Under the pieces are notes generated by a model. It worked only from the letters and a program-made list of their open reading frames with translations. It did no database searches and was not told the origin of the DNA. 64,000 bases of DNA. It comes from Microbotryum violaceum. Lineage: Eukaryota. Positions 1 through 18,292 of the stretch are shown one piece after another (positions within the stretch are counted from its first letter, which is position 1; the number at the start of each line of letters is the position of its first letter). The stretch is from the NCBI GenBank assembly GCA_001244265.2, contig CDLV01000004.1, forward strand, positions 372,001-436,000, given 5' to 3'. The position numbers and the translations under genes were made by a program.

Positions 1-1045
1 GAAGCGTGGGCAAGTGAAGCCGAAGCGCGTGAACATGAGCAGACCACTCGTCCCTTCAAGCGATGGCGAATCGATCCTGCTGCCATCACCAAACTGAGTC
101 ACAAGTACGAAAAGGGGGTTCACGAACTGGTCCGTGACAATTCAGCTCTTCTCGTTGGGCTCTCCTCAATTCTCATGATCCTCCCGCTGACTTAGATAGC
201 TTGGCACTGAATCAGGTTAATCAGCATGCTGACACCTACGGATTCGACGCGTTAGTCATCGTCGGCTCGAACAAGCTCGAGAATAAAAATGATCGTTTCA
301 TCGTTTCGACGCTTGGCGGCGCAGCTTTCATGCGGCGCCAAACTGGGGTTCTCAAAAGAACGATGTGCTCGTTAACTTCACGGAATGCATAAATGGCACC
401 CGGTTCAATCAGGAGCGAGACGAGCAATTCAAGATGGAAGGTCTGTCAGACAAGCTTCAGAACGGACCTTGTGCTCGGCGATAGATTGGTGCTGATTCCA
501 AGAACTGATGAGCAGCTCATCATGGTGATGTTGACAAGGCGTCTCACCGAGTGCTCTGCACATGGTATCGCATTATCATTGATGATTACTATAGCAAGCA
601 ATCATTCCACCGCTCTGCGCCCACATTTGGCAGCCCATGACTGAAGTTTTGTGGCCGTGCAGATCAAGCGCTCCGTCGTCGCCACAACAGAAACAAGTCT
701 ATTCAGCCCTACGTGCCTTCCAAGCTTACGAGCTACAACCAGGAAACTCTTGCGAAGGATCCAACCGCTCTTGTTGTCGAGCTCGAAAACGGTCTTCACG
801 AGCGTGATTTCCGCAGTCCTACCAATGGCAAGAAGCCGACCGTTGACAATTTGAGAAGAATTGTTCCATTGATGCGACAGGGTGGGCTTACGTTTTCGCT
901 CAAAGAGGATATCGGCCAGGTCTCTTTTGACCGCACTCCTGCCGAGAGTACTTTGATGAGCGAGCAGTCGGAAACGGAGCCAGAAGACCAAGACACTGGT
1001 TCTGATTCTGGTTCTGATTCTGATTTGGGAGCTGCAACATTTTGA
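1..1045 (+). CDS. 3' part of a spliced KDZ cargo gene of unknown function, homologous to the gene at ~52666-54316 (-)
   Basis: Shared motifs with the family 2 cargo gene: YGFDALVIVGSN...FIVSTLGGAAF vs YGIEMFAIASSN...FVVASVGGAAF; DFRSP...LRRIVPLMRQGGLTF vs DFRSP...LDRIIPLLRAGELSF; both end in an acidic Ser/Asp tail. Confidence 0.65.
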
Positions 1046-1072
1046 TTCCGAATCCGACTCCATTTCTATCGT

Positions 1073-1950
1073 TCAGTATATTGTTGGTGCGCCTATCGCG
1101 CGTTGAGGTAGATTGCCAAACTTTTTGTAGTCGTTGAGGTGATATCGACTTGTGTGTGGCAAGAGGTATTCAACAAGTTTCCACGCATCTTGACTAGCTT
1201 GACTGTCCGTCCGTTGATCAATTATGCGACGCATTTTTGATCGCAAAGCAAATCGCAAAGCAAATAGATTTACCCGCGCTAAACGTTTCAGATTTTACTC
1301 CATAGATTCAGGCAGATAATGGATGTTCAAATAAAGCACTCACTCATCCTACCTACTGTCAAACTGCAGTTAAGCTCGTCCCAGAGCTTGGGGGTGACCA
1401 ACAGCAAAGCACCCAGATTTCTTCCACTACCCCTTCGGACCCCCCGAGACGCCGGTGAAGTGACAGCAGAACCTTGTCGAGAATGTCCTTAATAACACGC
1501 TTCGCGTAGGGTTCTTCAAACAGCGTGCCCACGGTGAGAAGGAGAGCCGAGATTATTCGTTGGCGCTGGAACAATAGACATAAAACAGAAGCAGGGAACA
1601 AGGTAGTTCACCACTTCTGACCTGCAGACGCAAGATCGCAAGGTGTCCGAGCTTGCTAGCTGACCACGGTGTTCTAGCTGAGGGCCAGGGAAATACGACG
1701 CTGCATTACGCGTAATCAATGCCTTTTCTGCTGAATTGTCAATGGAAGGGGGCGTAAAGTCGGCATCGAGATAGTGGCAGCTTGGTGCTGAGGCGTCAAT
1801 GACTTCGTAGTAGCAATTCTCGTTGTTGGCCGAGTCGCTTGCATACAAGCTACAAGCGCTAGCGTTCATAGGTCGCGCTCGGTGCCGACTACGTATTGCT
1901 TCACGCCTGGGACAGGCAATGTGCCAGGTGGCCACTATATCTCGTCTCGT
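1073..1950 (-). CDS. possible spliced hypothetical gene inside KDZ family 1
   Basis: Protein-like ORF pieces (1073-1258, 1359-1601, 1516-1900) separated by intron-like gaps; no recognisable domain. Confidence 0.25.
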
Positions 1951-2188
1951 GCAAATACTCGATGATCTTGATCTTTGTGTCCCGCAGACAGAATCGCTGG
2001 TTGTAACTTGGTGTGAACCGAGTCGCTGAGGGCATCGGATCGGCTGTGACGCGACGGTGTCGGTGATGCTGTGAGAGGAGAGCGCGCGCGCTCGATGACG
2101 TGAGGTGACGCGAGGCGCGACGTGTACCCCGGGGGTACACAGTGGGACACTTCTCTTTCTCACCCCTAACCCCCACTCCAAGTCCAAC

Positions 2189-3636
2189 ATGGCACCACGC
2201 GCCACCGAGGGCGAGCGCGCCTGGCTCGACATCGACTCGCATCTCATCCGTGACGAGTCCGGCCAATGGCGTGTCCGTTGTGAACTTTGCAACAAACACT
2301 ACAAGCTGCTTGGAGGGTACAGGTCACTCGACGGACCAACTGTAGCACCGGAACATGCACATGAGGCCAAACGAAACCTAAAAAAAAAAATCATTCGTAT
2401 ACACAAGCGCGAGTTCAATCCGTCTACGGTCGACAGTCGGTACAGATGCAACGAGGCGGCGTTTGAGCTGATCGGTACCGACCGTGAGGTCCAAGCGGTG
2501 AGTGCTAAACAGCTTTCCCAGGAGATCAGATACAAAATATGTGGAATTCGGCTAAACCTTTGTTGATGTACCTATCTGATCTGATTAGGGTTTTGGCCAC
2601 CTGAAGAAAAGATACCGCCGGCAGTTGCAGGCCAAGCTTGACATGTTGGAGGCGCCGGGGAAAGCGGACCGTGCGAGGCACGACGAGTGGGCGGCGGAAA
2701 GGGCGCGTCGGCTGGTGATGGAACCCAAAGACATCATGACTCAAGACCCAATCCCCGAGGACGTCGAAAATTTTGACTATGAGGTCCGGGAGGAGATCTA
2801 CTACGTCATGTGGCCTGTTTGGGATGAATGGGCAGGGTACAAAGGGAATGGACGTCTGCCTCGGAGCCTGTTGACCGTGCTCATCCATTGGAGGAACGTG
2901 TTGTTCGATGCATACGATAACCAGAAGCGAAAGAGAGGTGGAGGGAGTGCGAGAGTTTTGAAGGAGTATAGGACCCGCATCCAAGACTTCGACGATATCC
3001 TCGCGCGCATCTTCACCGTCCCCGTCGACATTGCCGCCGAACATGAGGAATCGCGCCTATTCAGTGAAATCCTTTCACCCCTGTACCAAGAGTGCCAACG
3101 CCCCCTCCCTGAGGACGATGTAAGGACCGACGAGGACCAGGAGGGGGAGTGACCGCCTTTTAAGATGGATCTGAAAGGTGTACCGCCCTTTTCTCGGGAA
3201 ACGTGTCCCGGACGATTACCGGGATCAGTTAGAAAGCGAACATCGCACCTGGCAAGCAGCGCTCAGACCATTTGCAACGACGGTGCTCGTCCACGTTCCC
3301 GAACCTCCCAAGCCGCCCACCGATGCGGACCTCGAGCCCGAAAGGAAGAAGATCTGGGACTCCTGGATTGTTGAGTGTGCCCACATGTGGTTGGCGCTGT
3401 CGAGCAAACAGAGGGACGCGTATTGTTGGATGCGCAAGAAGGGGTCCGGCGGAGAGGGCGCCGCGTCGACCTCGGGGGCACGAGAGGAGGACGCGATATC
3501 GGAACAGAGTTCGGCGACCGGCCAACATTCCGACCACGGATCGGCAGCCGGTTCGGAGGCCGAAAGCAACCTCTCCACCCTCTCCGAGCTGACCAGTCTG
3601 AGCGAGCTGGAGCGCGGCCTGGATACTGGGACATGA
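2189..3636 (+). CDS. KDZ cargo protein with N-terminal CxxC...H zinc-finger-like motif and C-terminal HMG-box-like helix; exons 2189-2497, 2589-3119, 3178-3636
   Basis: Two phase-0 GT-AG introns (2498-2588, 3120-3177) join three ORFs in frame (~430 aa). Motifs VRCELCNKHY and IVECAHMWLALSSKQRDAY. Confidence 0.6.
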
Positions 3637-4033
3637 GGCACCATGAGTGTCAATTCACCGGTTAGGCGATGACCATCCCGAATTTTCCGTGAGCGTGTGT
3701 AGCTGTCTAGCTTGTATGTTGTGTTAATGGAGATCCTGCTCTGCAATCATGATTCACTCCGAGGTACAATGCACTCCGAAGGGGGAAATTCTAGTTCAAT
3801 CTTAAACCTTAGGGCAGGGCGTAGATACACTAGAACAGAGTCCTGCGCCTTCGGAAACGAGGAAGCGGTATGCGACGACATGCTTCATCAATTCTAGGAC
3901 ACTCTTAACAAGCACTGTACAACCGGCGTGGCGGTGTGTACCCCCCGGAGGTACACATGACCGGTGCCCTCTCCAGCTGTGTACTCCCGGGGTTCCACGG
4001 CTCAGGTGCGGTCCGTCGCCGACGTCCTTGCTG

Positions 4034-4359
4034 ACTGCACTACAACAAACTTCCACGCATCCGTTCAGAGTTCAGGATGTGTCTGCAGTTACTGACTGGA
4101 ACACCCGCCTGCGACGAAACCGACGAAATATTCGTTTGCTACATCCGACTTGCACTCTGAAAAGCCCGCAAGGCCAATGCACTTCTCTAGCTGAATCTCC
4201 GTTCGAACCACCAAGCAGAGCGAAACTGTACTAGAACAATCTTCCACGCACCCGTTTGAAGCTGAGGATGTGTCTGCAGTTACTGAACGGGATACCCTCC
4301 TGCGACAAGACCGACGAAAGATTTGTTTGCTACATCCGACTTGCACTCTGAAAAGCCCG
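4034..4359. repeat. ~191-bp tandem repeat, left part (continues at 9213-9330 after the copia insertion)
   Basis: Unit ACTGCACTACAACAAACTTCCACGC...TGAAAAGCCCGCAAGGCCAA...GAGCGAA; uninterrupted copy at ~57887-58325. Confidence 0.85.
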
Positions 4360-9234
<4,875 letters not shown>

Positions 9235-10030
9235 CTAACTGAATCTCCGTTCGAACTACCGAGCAGAGCGAAACTGCACTACAACAAACTTCCACGCTCC
9301 CGCTCAAAGCCCAGGAAGTGTCTGAACTTACCGAAAGGATTAACCTCCTGCCGTTGTAGAATCGGACATGTTATTATACAGTGATCTGCCACCGGTGACC
9401 GGCTTGGCACCCCCGGGAGTACACAGCTTTGTCGGCGGCACAGGCCGGGTCCCCCGGGGTTACACTCTTGTCGCGCGCCGACTCTGTGTATGTGTACCCC
9501 GGGAGTACACAGCCCCTACAATGTCCTTGGCCGATGGACCAATATCCGACTACATAAACTATCACGTCAACGGAGTAGGTATGCGGTGACGTATTTCATT
9601 GATTTTTGCTGACATATTATCGCAAGCACTGTACAACGGAGCGCCGTTGGACGCGTCTGGACCCACTTCGGGGTGCTGTTGGAACAGAACAACTACAGCA
9701 ACACCAATCCTCACCGCCCCCCGCCCCCTCTGGCAACGTTCCCAAACCTGAACCTGCAAATGTCAGCACCGATGCGCACCAATTTTTAGTTTTCAACTTA
9801 GCAGAACCTTCAAGCTTGTCACGTACTGCAGTTCGGTGAGTGTGGCCGTGGCGACCGGCTCGTGGGATCGTGGTCGTCAACGCGTCAACGCCTCATTAAG
9901 GCTGACATCCATTTTACTTTTGTGCACTGGCGTCCACATTCTACCATGTGTGATATGGGCCGCATACAAAAAGCAAAGTTCTTCAATAACAAATAATCTA
10001 CAGTCAACAAATGCGCCAAACCATCCCTAG

Positions 10031-13000
10031 CTAGCCCATAGGCTCGTCGAGAATCTCGAGGTCGTCCGAGTCTTCACCCCTTGTCGAGCCTGACTCTCCG
10101 CCGCCCTCCCCGAGCTCAGCATCATCTTCTTCCTCGACCTCCTGCTCCGATAGTGAACCCAAAAGTTCTTCCATTCGTCTTTCATACACGTCATCACGGT
10201 CTCGCTCGGCCTGCTCCGCGGCTGAATCGGGGGTCAGGCCAAGTTCCCTTCGGAATGCGTCGAGGTCGATGGGTGTGTGGCGCACGTCCACGGCAGAGGG
10301 ACCTGATAAGCTGCGGCTCGACTCAGCGATGGGGCTCTGCATTTGAGTATTATTTAGCGTCGAAAGGCGGCGACCGAAATGACGTGGACTACCGCGCGAA
10401 CGGCGCGACACCTGTTTCGCCCGTCCGGCGAAAAGTCCCCGATCAAACCAAATGCCGAGGGCCGCGATTCATGAACTGCGGGTGAACGCGTCCTAAACCA
10501 GACAACCGAGAGATCATCGCGTTCGGCGAGCCGATCCAGACGCTCTTTGAACGAAATCTGCCGGCGTTGAGCACATGCCACACCGCAGTGCCAACCTCGC
10601 CCGCGCCGTCAGTTCCGAGAAGTTTCTTAGCCGCTTCGATCGTTTCTCGGGAACTAATAGAAGGGGCGACGTAAGGTATAGCACCAACACAAAGAAAGGG
10701 TGTGTCCATCTCACCTCGGTCCCCTGCCCATGCCTGAGATACCCTAACAAAGCGAGTGTCCTCATCTTCGAGCCACGCAAGTAGTTGTCGAACCTCAGCT
10801 CCGATCCGGAGAATCTCTTCTTCCGCCCTGGCTTTGAGTAAAACCGCCTTGATCCCTTTCTGAACATCGGTATCAATGCCCAAGGCGCAGTGTCGTGTAC
10901 GAAAAAACCGTCTGGCCAGAAAGCGTCCGTTGGCGACAGAGTCACAAGCGACTTAATTGTGGTAGCGAGCGGTAAGTTGTCCAGAATCTGGGCCGATTGC
11001 TCGGTCGCAGCATTTCGGTAATCCCCGACCGCTTTATTGTACATATTGATTGCCACTTTTACTTTCTTGCTGTGCGTCTGTGAGACGCTGACAAGCTTGC
11101 TGGCTTCGACTTGACCGATTGTCGCGCCGCTTCGTCCCCGACCCATTGAGTCAATTCGTTCTTGACAGCATTGCAATTGGACCGTCGCTTTGTGTAATGC
11201 GCGAAGTTTGACTACGCAGTTGCACAAATGCTGGAAATCTAGGTATGTCATGGGACATCAAACATCAGGTGGCGATACTCATAAAGATAGGACGCGCGCC
11301 GCACCTGAAGCTGCAAGCTCCTTCGTGCGATCGTATTCTTGTTGGTAAGCTCTTAGCTGTTGCTGCAAGCGAGCTTTCGCTTCATCGGAAGCCATTGGAT
11401 CGAATCTGAACACACACTGCCAAGACTCAGTGTCAATTTTACGCCCTCGTCCTCCAATGGGGTTTGACGCGCCGAACGTACAGCCTTTCTTCCATGTGGT
11501 GTAGCCTCTGTACAATGTTAAACAGCTCTAATCGCTCCTTGTCCTCGTTCTCCCGACGTTGACCCGCCGTTGTGGCCGCTTGAGCAGCTCGTTGTAAATC
11601 CCATTGCGCGAGAAGGTCAGACTCGGACCATATTGCCGAAACGTCACTCAGATCAGTTTGTGCCCTTCCAAGCTGATCTTGAGCATTCGAAGGGACCGCA
11701 CAATTAAGTAACGAACACGGCGTGAAAGTGTGGATGGCAGAGCATACCGAGGCTGTCAACACCGTTCTTGTTCATCAGGTCGATGCGACGCGAGATGTTG
11801 ACGCGCCGGTGAGAAGCGCTCGCAGGACGATTGATCGGGATGAGCGATCGGAGCTGACTCCAAACGCGTTCGCATCCCTCCCCATCCGTCAACCCAAAGT
11901 GCTGAATCAGGCGCGGGTTGTACTCAGGCTGGCAGGGCCATTGATGAGCAAAAGCATGAAACACGCTCGTGGCAAACTTCAATCTCGGAAACAGATCGGG
12001 AAGGATACTTCTCTGCAGGCGATCGAAGTACAGTACAGGTCAGCGGCGCCCCAGGGCCAGAAATCTAAGGAACGACGGATCCGCCACTCTTGCTGACCGA
12101 TTGCATGTAGCCGTCCAAATTACACGCAACATCATACAGCACTCCGAGTGTATCGTTGGAAGGGAGTTGGTTCGAAATATGTTGCAGCAGCGATAAGCCG
12201 TAGTAGCGCCTGCCTCATCAAAAACGAGCGTCAGGCCTTGTAAGCGGTTGAAAGAGGAGCTGAGCTGACGAGCTTTTCGCCTGATTGATACAAGTTGACC
12301 ATCTTCAACGCGATATCGTGACGGCAAACACAGGCAACTAGGCCCGTATCGGACTTGCCCCGCGAGATTGTGTCGCACCGCCGTTGGCCGCTTTCCACGA
12401 ATCGGCACAGGCCTTCAAGACGCGAGAGGAAGGGCGTCAGCGCGTTGAAAGGATCGCAGGGGGCGGCTCGCATCAGCGGACCTTTTCTGACTTCTTGCTG
12501 TCGCCACCATCAGCCCTCTCCTTCATCGATTCGAGCTCGCCTTCGCCGATGAAGAGGGCTGGCGTCGACTCCTGAAAATCGTATTTGGCTGAGGTGTCGC
12601 GAGAATGTTGGAAGTTGCCATCCAGAGCGACAAGATGCTGCACTTCGACTCTATGGTGGGCTTGGTTTAGACGCGTCGATCCGTAGCATGCTGGACACTT
12701 ATCCGAGAGAGAATCCGCGACACCGAGGACGAGGTCGCCCAATTCTTGCTCGGATGTCGTGAGAGCCCGAAATTCGTCAAGGGCGCGCTGGAGTTGCGAA
12801 AGCAGCTCCATGTCCTGCGCAAACGATGATAAACATCGGATAATGCTCAATAGCAATCATGACAGGAGGTCGAACTCACGAATTTATGCTGAATCAGGCC
12901 CGGCCGACCCCATCCAGTTTGCTCATAGAAAATGTCGAGCCCGCGAGCTGCTCCATCAACAGGAAACGGCGCGGTGCTCCACCAGAAGTCGAGGAATTGG

Positions 13001-13895
13001 AGAAGTCGAAAGGTGAATGCAGAGCGAGGAGCAGCTGCGGTCGATCCGATTAATCCTATCTGAGCAAGGCGCTCGGCGTACGTAAGGCATGGGCTATCGC
13101 TGCTGGATCTCGGACAAAAAGCGATCGGCACCTCGACCACTGCATTGATTCAACCATTCGACCTCGTCAGCGCAACGTTCGACACAGCGACCCAATTCGC
13201 CTGATTCACATACAGCTTATGAGGTCGTACACGTCAAGCCGTAAAGTGAGGGGACTCTTGCATGAACAAGGCGGCGGCACTTCGCTAGCGACCGAACCCT
13301 GGCACAGCTCCTCGTCCACGTCAATCAAGGGCCGTAGATGACCTTTGACCCCAGCGCAAAACGCGATGTACTGGCGCAGAAGCGCTGGCCGTTCCAAGCG
13401 CCTAAGGCGAGCGTCGTTGAACACGAATTGCTTGTACGTTTCTTGCTTCGACTGACCACGTGTGGCTGATTCGAAACTTTCGACTTGGCGCAGATCAGCC
13501 AGTGATAATCGCTCGGCGATTGCACTATAGTCAGGCGAGGTTGGGAAATGGGATGTTCGATCCGGAGAGTATGGGGCTGGATCGAGTTCGAAGCCACCAC
13601 CGTACTCGCTGTAACGCTCATCATCCCAATCCATCCCACTCGGGTTGGCGGCTTCGTCGAAATCGGCCTGAATCGGAGGGGCCATTGGACGCTGAGGAGA
13701 CGGCGAGCTAGCTTCGCCAAAATCACCGAAGGTTCCTTGCTGGATTTGGCGGGCAGTGTAAGTAACACGGTGTCAGGTTCCGGGGATGTTGGTGCGGAGT
13801 CGGGCGTCCGATCGGAGGCCTTGAGGCCTATAGGAAGGATGCTCCTCAAAGTAGTCCAGACGGACCTTGAAAGGTCTCCATCGATGCCTGCCCAT
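10031..13895 (-). CDS. CxC1 cysteine cluster + KDZ transposase (multi-exon, apparent frameshifts)
   Basis: AERLAQIGLIGSTAAAPRSAFTFRLL (CxC1-like), VALDGNFQHSR, DTGLVACVCRHD, FATSVFHAFAHQWPCQPEYNPRLIQHFGLTDGEGCERVWSQL (KDZ hallmarks). ATG (MGRH...) at 13893-13895. Confidence 0.9.
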
Positions 13896-14617
13896 CGTCT
13901 ATGTGAATTGCGTAGCTTCGAGATTTAGGAAGGGTGTCTCGATAGTTGATGCTCTGGTTAGAACAGAGGCGGGTCTCACTTGGCGCTGAGCGGAAGCTAA
14001 AAGAGACAGGTCTGCGGGCATACTAGTCACTAAATGCTCAATCTCATTAGCAAGTTGATCTTGGCCTGGCGCCAGCGGCCAACCCGGGTTGAAGGGGGGG
14101 CAACCTGTATGGGTACGCCGCTTAAGAGTGGCGCTGGGAGGGGCGCCGCGCGCGCCACTTTTTGGTGTGCTTAAAAATATAGCCAGAGGTGCTCTTCCCG
14201 GTCAAAAAAAAAAAAGCTGCCTTATCGCGCGTGCGCGCACGAGTTCATTTGGCTGGCTTAATGGACCTGCCGATCTGTACTCCTCAAGTGTCTAACTCAA
14301 CAGGGACTCGGAGGGAATGAATCGAACGAGACGGGACCATTGAGAGGTGGGGGTGGTGGTCATGGTGCGTTTACGGAGAGCAGAAAAGGTAAACCGGAGC
14401 TGTCTTAGAGGGCTAGGGCTGAAGACCATGGAAGAGGGATTAGGGAAGAGAGAGGGATAAATCGAGGACAGAACTGGCGGCAGAGTTGGATTGCGGAGCT
14501 CCCGGGCCGGAGCACGATGGTCTCAACAGCGTGGCTCGCGAACTTTCACCTCCTTTCGCGTCTCGGAGTCCGATCCAGGCCCCTAACGGCGACTTGACTC
14601 TCTGAAACTCTCCAAAG

Positions 14618-16554
14618 ATGCGGCTTCACACTTTACCGGTCTCACTCATCGCTCTCCTGCACCTCTGCATCGGAGCTTCATGTTCGTCGTCAACTGACAC
14701 GTCGAACGCGACCCATCCACCGTTGTTCGTTGCCCCGAATCCTCGACTAAAGACATATCACACCGCCCTATCGACACTGCTTCCGATCCTCCCCATCCTC
14801 GCACCTCCACCAACACATACGCTTCTGGTGACCTTGGCGACCTCAGCTTTCAAACCCTTGCTGTACAACTACCTCTGTTTCCTCCGCTTCAGAGCCAAGT
14901 GGGGGACGACCTCGCCAACGCACGAGCAATCCAGCGGAAACGAGACCGATTCCAACGACCGATGGTCCTTCATACGACGCAAACAACTCTACGAGGATAC
15001 GCAGAAAATCCTCATCGTCACTTCGGATCAAGCGCTCGCGGAGGAATTGAGCGAATTTGGCATCGTCGTTTGGTATTTGGATGCGATTGATTGGGATTCA
15101 ACGGAGGCGCAGGAGTACATCGATGAGACGTTGGAGGATGAGAAGCTCAGGAAGGAGTTTGAAAGAATTATAAGGGATGATCCGTTCGCTACTGTGAGGA
15201 TGATGGATCTCTTGTTGCCGCCGACGAGGAGTGAGTCCAATTCACGGTCGGCGATAAGACAGATTCGACCGAGTGTGAAGGGTTTCGGCGCCAAGATGTT
15301 GGAATGGGGGTCATTGCATTACCAGTCTTTGATGCTCGAACGGACACTCGTCATGTCGACACTGGTTGGAGCATTGGTGGAGGCGCAACAAGTTGACACG
15401 AGGTGGAGGGTGCAGCAAGAGCGGGAGTGGAAGGACAAGTGGGAGTATCATGACTGGGATAACGAGCCGCCGTTGATCGAAGAGCCCTTTGTGGGTGTCA
15501 AAGGTGTTTTGCTAGCTGATAATGATGCAGTCTGGTGAGTGCATATATAAAGTCGCTCTCTCGCTTGATGATACAGCAGTGCTGACTCCCTCGATCTTCT
15601 ATTCCCAGGCTCGCCAATCCAGCCTCATTCTTCGCCCATCACTACCGACCCCAGGGCTCGCACCCCTCTTTTGTCGTCGCATCCGACACCGATCCCTACT
15701 CACCCCATCTCAGCCAATACGGTCTATCCTACACCCCTTGCGCATGTTTCATCTACTCTCGAACCAGCGATGCCGAAGCCCCTTCGGCTTCTCCGAATCC
15801 CCTCTCCGAAGCAAAGGAATATTACAGCCCTTCAACTGGAGCAGCAACAGGTTGGCGATTCACAGCGATCTGTCATATCGCGATGATTCTTCGATCTATC
15901 GAAGACGGTCTCGCACAACTTATTGGAGCGGATAATGCGGAATTGGACGTCGAAGGTAAAGCGAGGTTATCAACTCTACGTCGAGCGATCGCCCCTTCTT
16001 TTCAAGGGACCTCGTTGGGTCCGGCGATGTTCTTGGCTGAAGATGAGGATCCGGTATTACCCGTCCTTACGCATGAGGAGTGGATGGAAACCCTTGGATC
16101 GTTCGACGAGTCCAAACTTATTGGCTTACTCAAGGAAGCTGGACTGGGAGGCGCTTTGAGGGACCTCATCAATGACCCGGAAGCTTACGCCAACAACGCT
16201 CGGGATCGTCGGAAGATGTGTGAAGGTTTGGCGATCAGCAAATCCAAACGGACGACCTGTCCAAATCCCATACCAGAGATGGATAGAACCTCGTTGACGA
16301 TTCCTGCTCAGAATGGGAGGGCCTTCCATCGGGGTATCAAGACCGAGGTCTTGCCTTACGACATTTTCCCGCCAGGGATGCGATACTTTGATGGTGGTCT
16401 GGCAAGTGGGGAGAGGCCTTGCGTCGTTCATGCGAATTATGCGACGGGAAAGACGAAGACGGAGCTTCTGAAGAGGGAAAAGCTGTGGGCTTTGGTGCAG
16501 GATGAGCGGGGGCAGTATAGATGCAATGCTGAGGTTATGGATAGAGCCAAGTAG
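14618..16554 (+). CDS. putative nucleotide-diphospho-sugar transferase (GT77-like), signal peptide; exons 14618-15534 and 15609-16554
   Basis: Hydrophobic N-terminus; LLADNDAVW|LANP DxD motif across a GTGAGT...CCCAG intron; LPYDIFPPG and VVHANY motifs; the spliced frame is open to the stop. Confidence 0.75.
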
Positions 16555-16710
16555 AGCGTGGAATGTCCAGATGAGACTTAAACGAGGGAAAGGGTGCATA
16601 ATGGTTGAATCGTAACGATTGCAGGACATGAAATGATGGAGGGAGGAAATCCCCTTAAAAGGAGGCCAAGGGTATATTTTTGCATCTGTCTTGTATTCAA
16701 GAGCGGTTAC

Positions 16711-18026
16711 TCAGTTGTTGGCGACTCCGATGATGCGGAAGTCGTGCCCACCCGTTGAGGACGATGGCAGGATTTCGCACGTCAACAGATGTTCTCCAAA
16801 CTCGATCGGATCCACCACAGTAGTCCAAGAGCTTCCCGCCGCTTCCCCAGACTTGTGCGCATCGACAATCACCCCGCTCTGCACCTTATCGTCGACCCAA
16901 CACCTCGCCTGACCAGGTGTGACAGCATTTCCAGCGCTATTCGTCGCCCAGACGAAGAGGCCTACTCGAGCACCGGTGAATTTGAAGGAGAGGATGGCGC
17001 CGACTTCGGAAGAGGTCCGGGCTTGTTGTCCATTCCATTCTTCTTTGCGCCACTTCTCGAACCCGGCGTGGTCGGTGGGCACCAGAGGATCTGCTTCCGA
17101 GGCGACGAACTTGCATGTGGGTAGGATTGGATCGGCGACCTTATCAGCCGAGAACTATGAGCATGAACGAATAGCGTTAGCTACTGATATCAGTAGATGC
17201 TTTATTCCGATCGATCTTACGGGTTCCCATAGGTGCAGTCGGGGAATGTGGCCCAGGCTATCCTCTTTTGGCCAAATCGTCTCGGACAGATCAGGAGTCT
17301 CGAGATACTGTTAAAGCGACACGACGGAACGCGGATGCCGATGACGGGGACGTCGAAGAAAGCCGAGGTGCCGACATTGAGCCGAAACCGCGCAGCAATT
17401 CGTTGAACCACAGCGCAAAGACGGACACTCGGATCACCACGGGTTCTTGTGCGAGTCCAAGGAGGCCACGGTAGAGTTGATCATCGGCAATTAATCTTCC
17501 GGGCACCCGGAAGCAGTATGACGTGTATTGAGGTCAGTCTAGATGATGACGTGTCAGGTTACAGAGCAGCCATCTTACGGGTCATTGTTGATATCGAGCT
17601 CAATCATGTACAGGTCCAGGTCCCTCGGAAGGACGGAGTCGAAGCAAAATGCAAAGAATTTACCTAACGGAAGGAGATCAAACCTTCGTCAAATCAGCTG
17701 CTGCCTAGACTCCAGATGTGCGCCTAATGAAAACTTGCCACTCACTATTCATTCCCGCCTTCGCTCCGACATGCACCTCGATATTGGGAAAATCGACTTT
17801 CAACTGCTCTGTCATCCTCTCATGCCAGCTAGGTCCCTTGCTAAGACCATGTCCAGCCGTCACACTGGCACCTATGACTCCGATCGTCACATTCTCGCCC
17901 CGCAGCGCCTTCTCCATGAAGCGCCGAACGCGGTGTCCAGAGCCTGAGAAAAGCTTCGATTGCCGAATATTGTCGATACCGTACACACAGAGGGAGCTGT
18001 GCGGGTCGACGATACAGAGTTCGTAT
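16711..18026 (-). pseudogene. SGNH-hydrolase / CAP64-like capsule-associated protein, 5' end lost at the copia LTR
   Basis: GSGHRVRRFMEKALRGENVTIGVIGASVTAGHG and C-terminal GGHDFRIIGV; at least two introns; the reading frame runs directly into the LTR at 18027. Confidence 0.7.
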
Positions 18027-18292
18027 TGTTGCAACAAGGACTAAGAGGTACTCCACGACTCAGCTCCGAGATACACGAGTGAGATGATGAGAATAGCGTG
18101 GCTTTGCAGTAACTAACCTAAGAGGTACTCCACGACTCAGCTCCGAGATACACGAGTGAGATGATGAGAATAGCGTGGAGAAGGAACCCAGAAGGAAAAA
18201 AGACGCAAAGACAAAGATAGGCGCGCGCGCAGAATAAAGTATTAACCAAGACTAATAGCAATGAGTTAGGCTCTCAGACCCCACTTCTAACA
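18027..18292 (-). repeat. copia-2 3' LTR (266 bp) with one extra 77-nt GTTAGT...TAG unit
   Basis: TG...CA; unit 18041-18117 is missing from the right-hand LTR. Confidence 0.9.

Noticed and set aside
14253-14277. 5S rRNA or tRNA fragment as KDZ target
   Set aside because: Only CCGATCTG resembles 5S rRNA; no extended match or cloverleaf visible.
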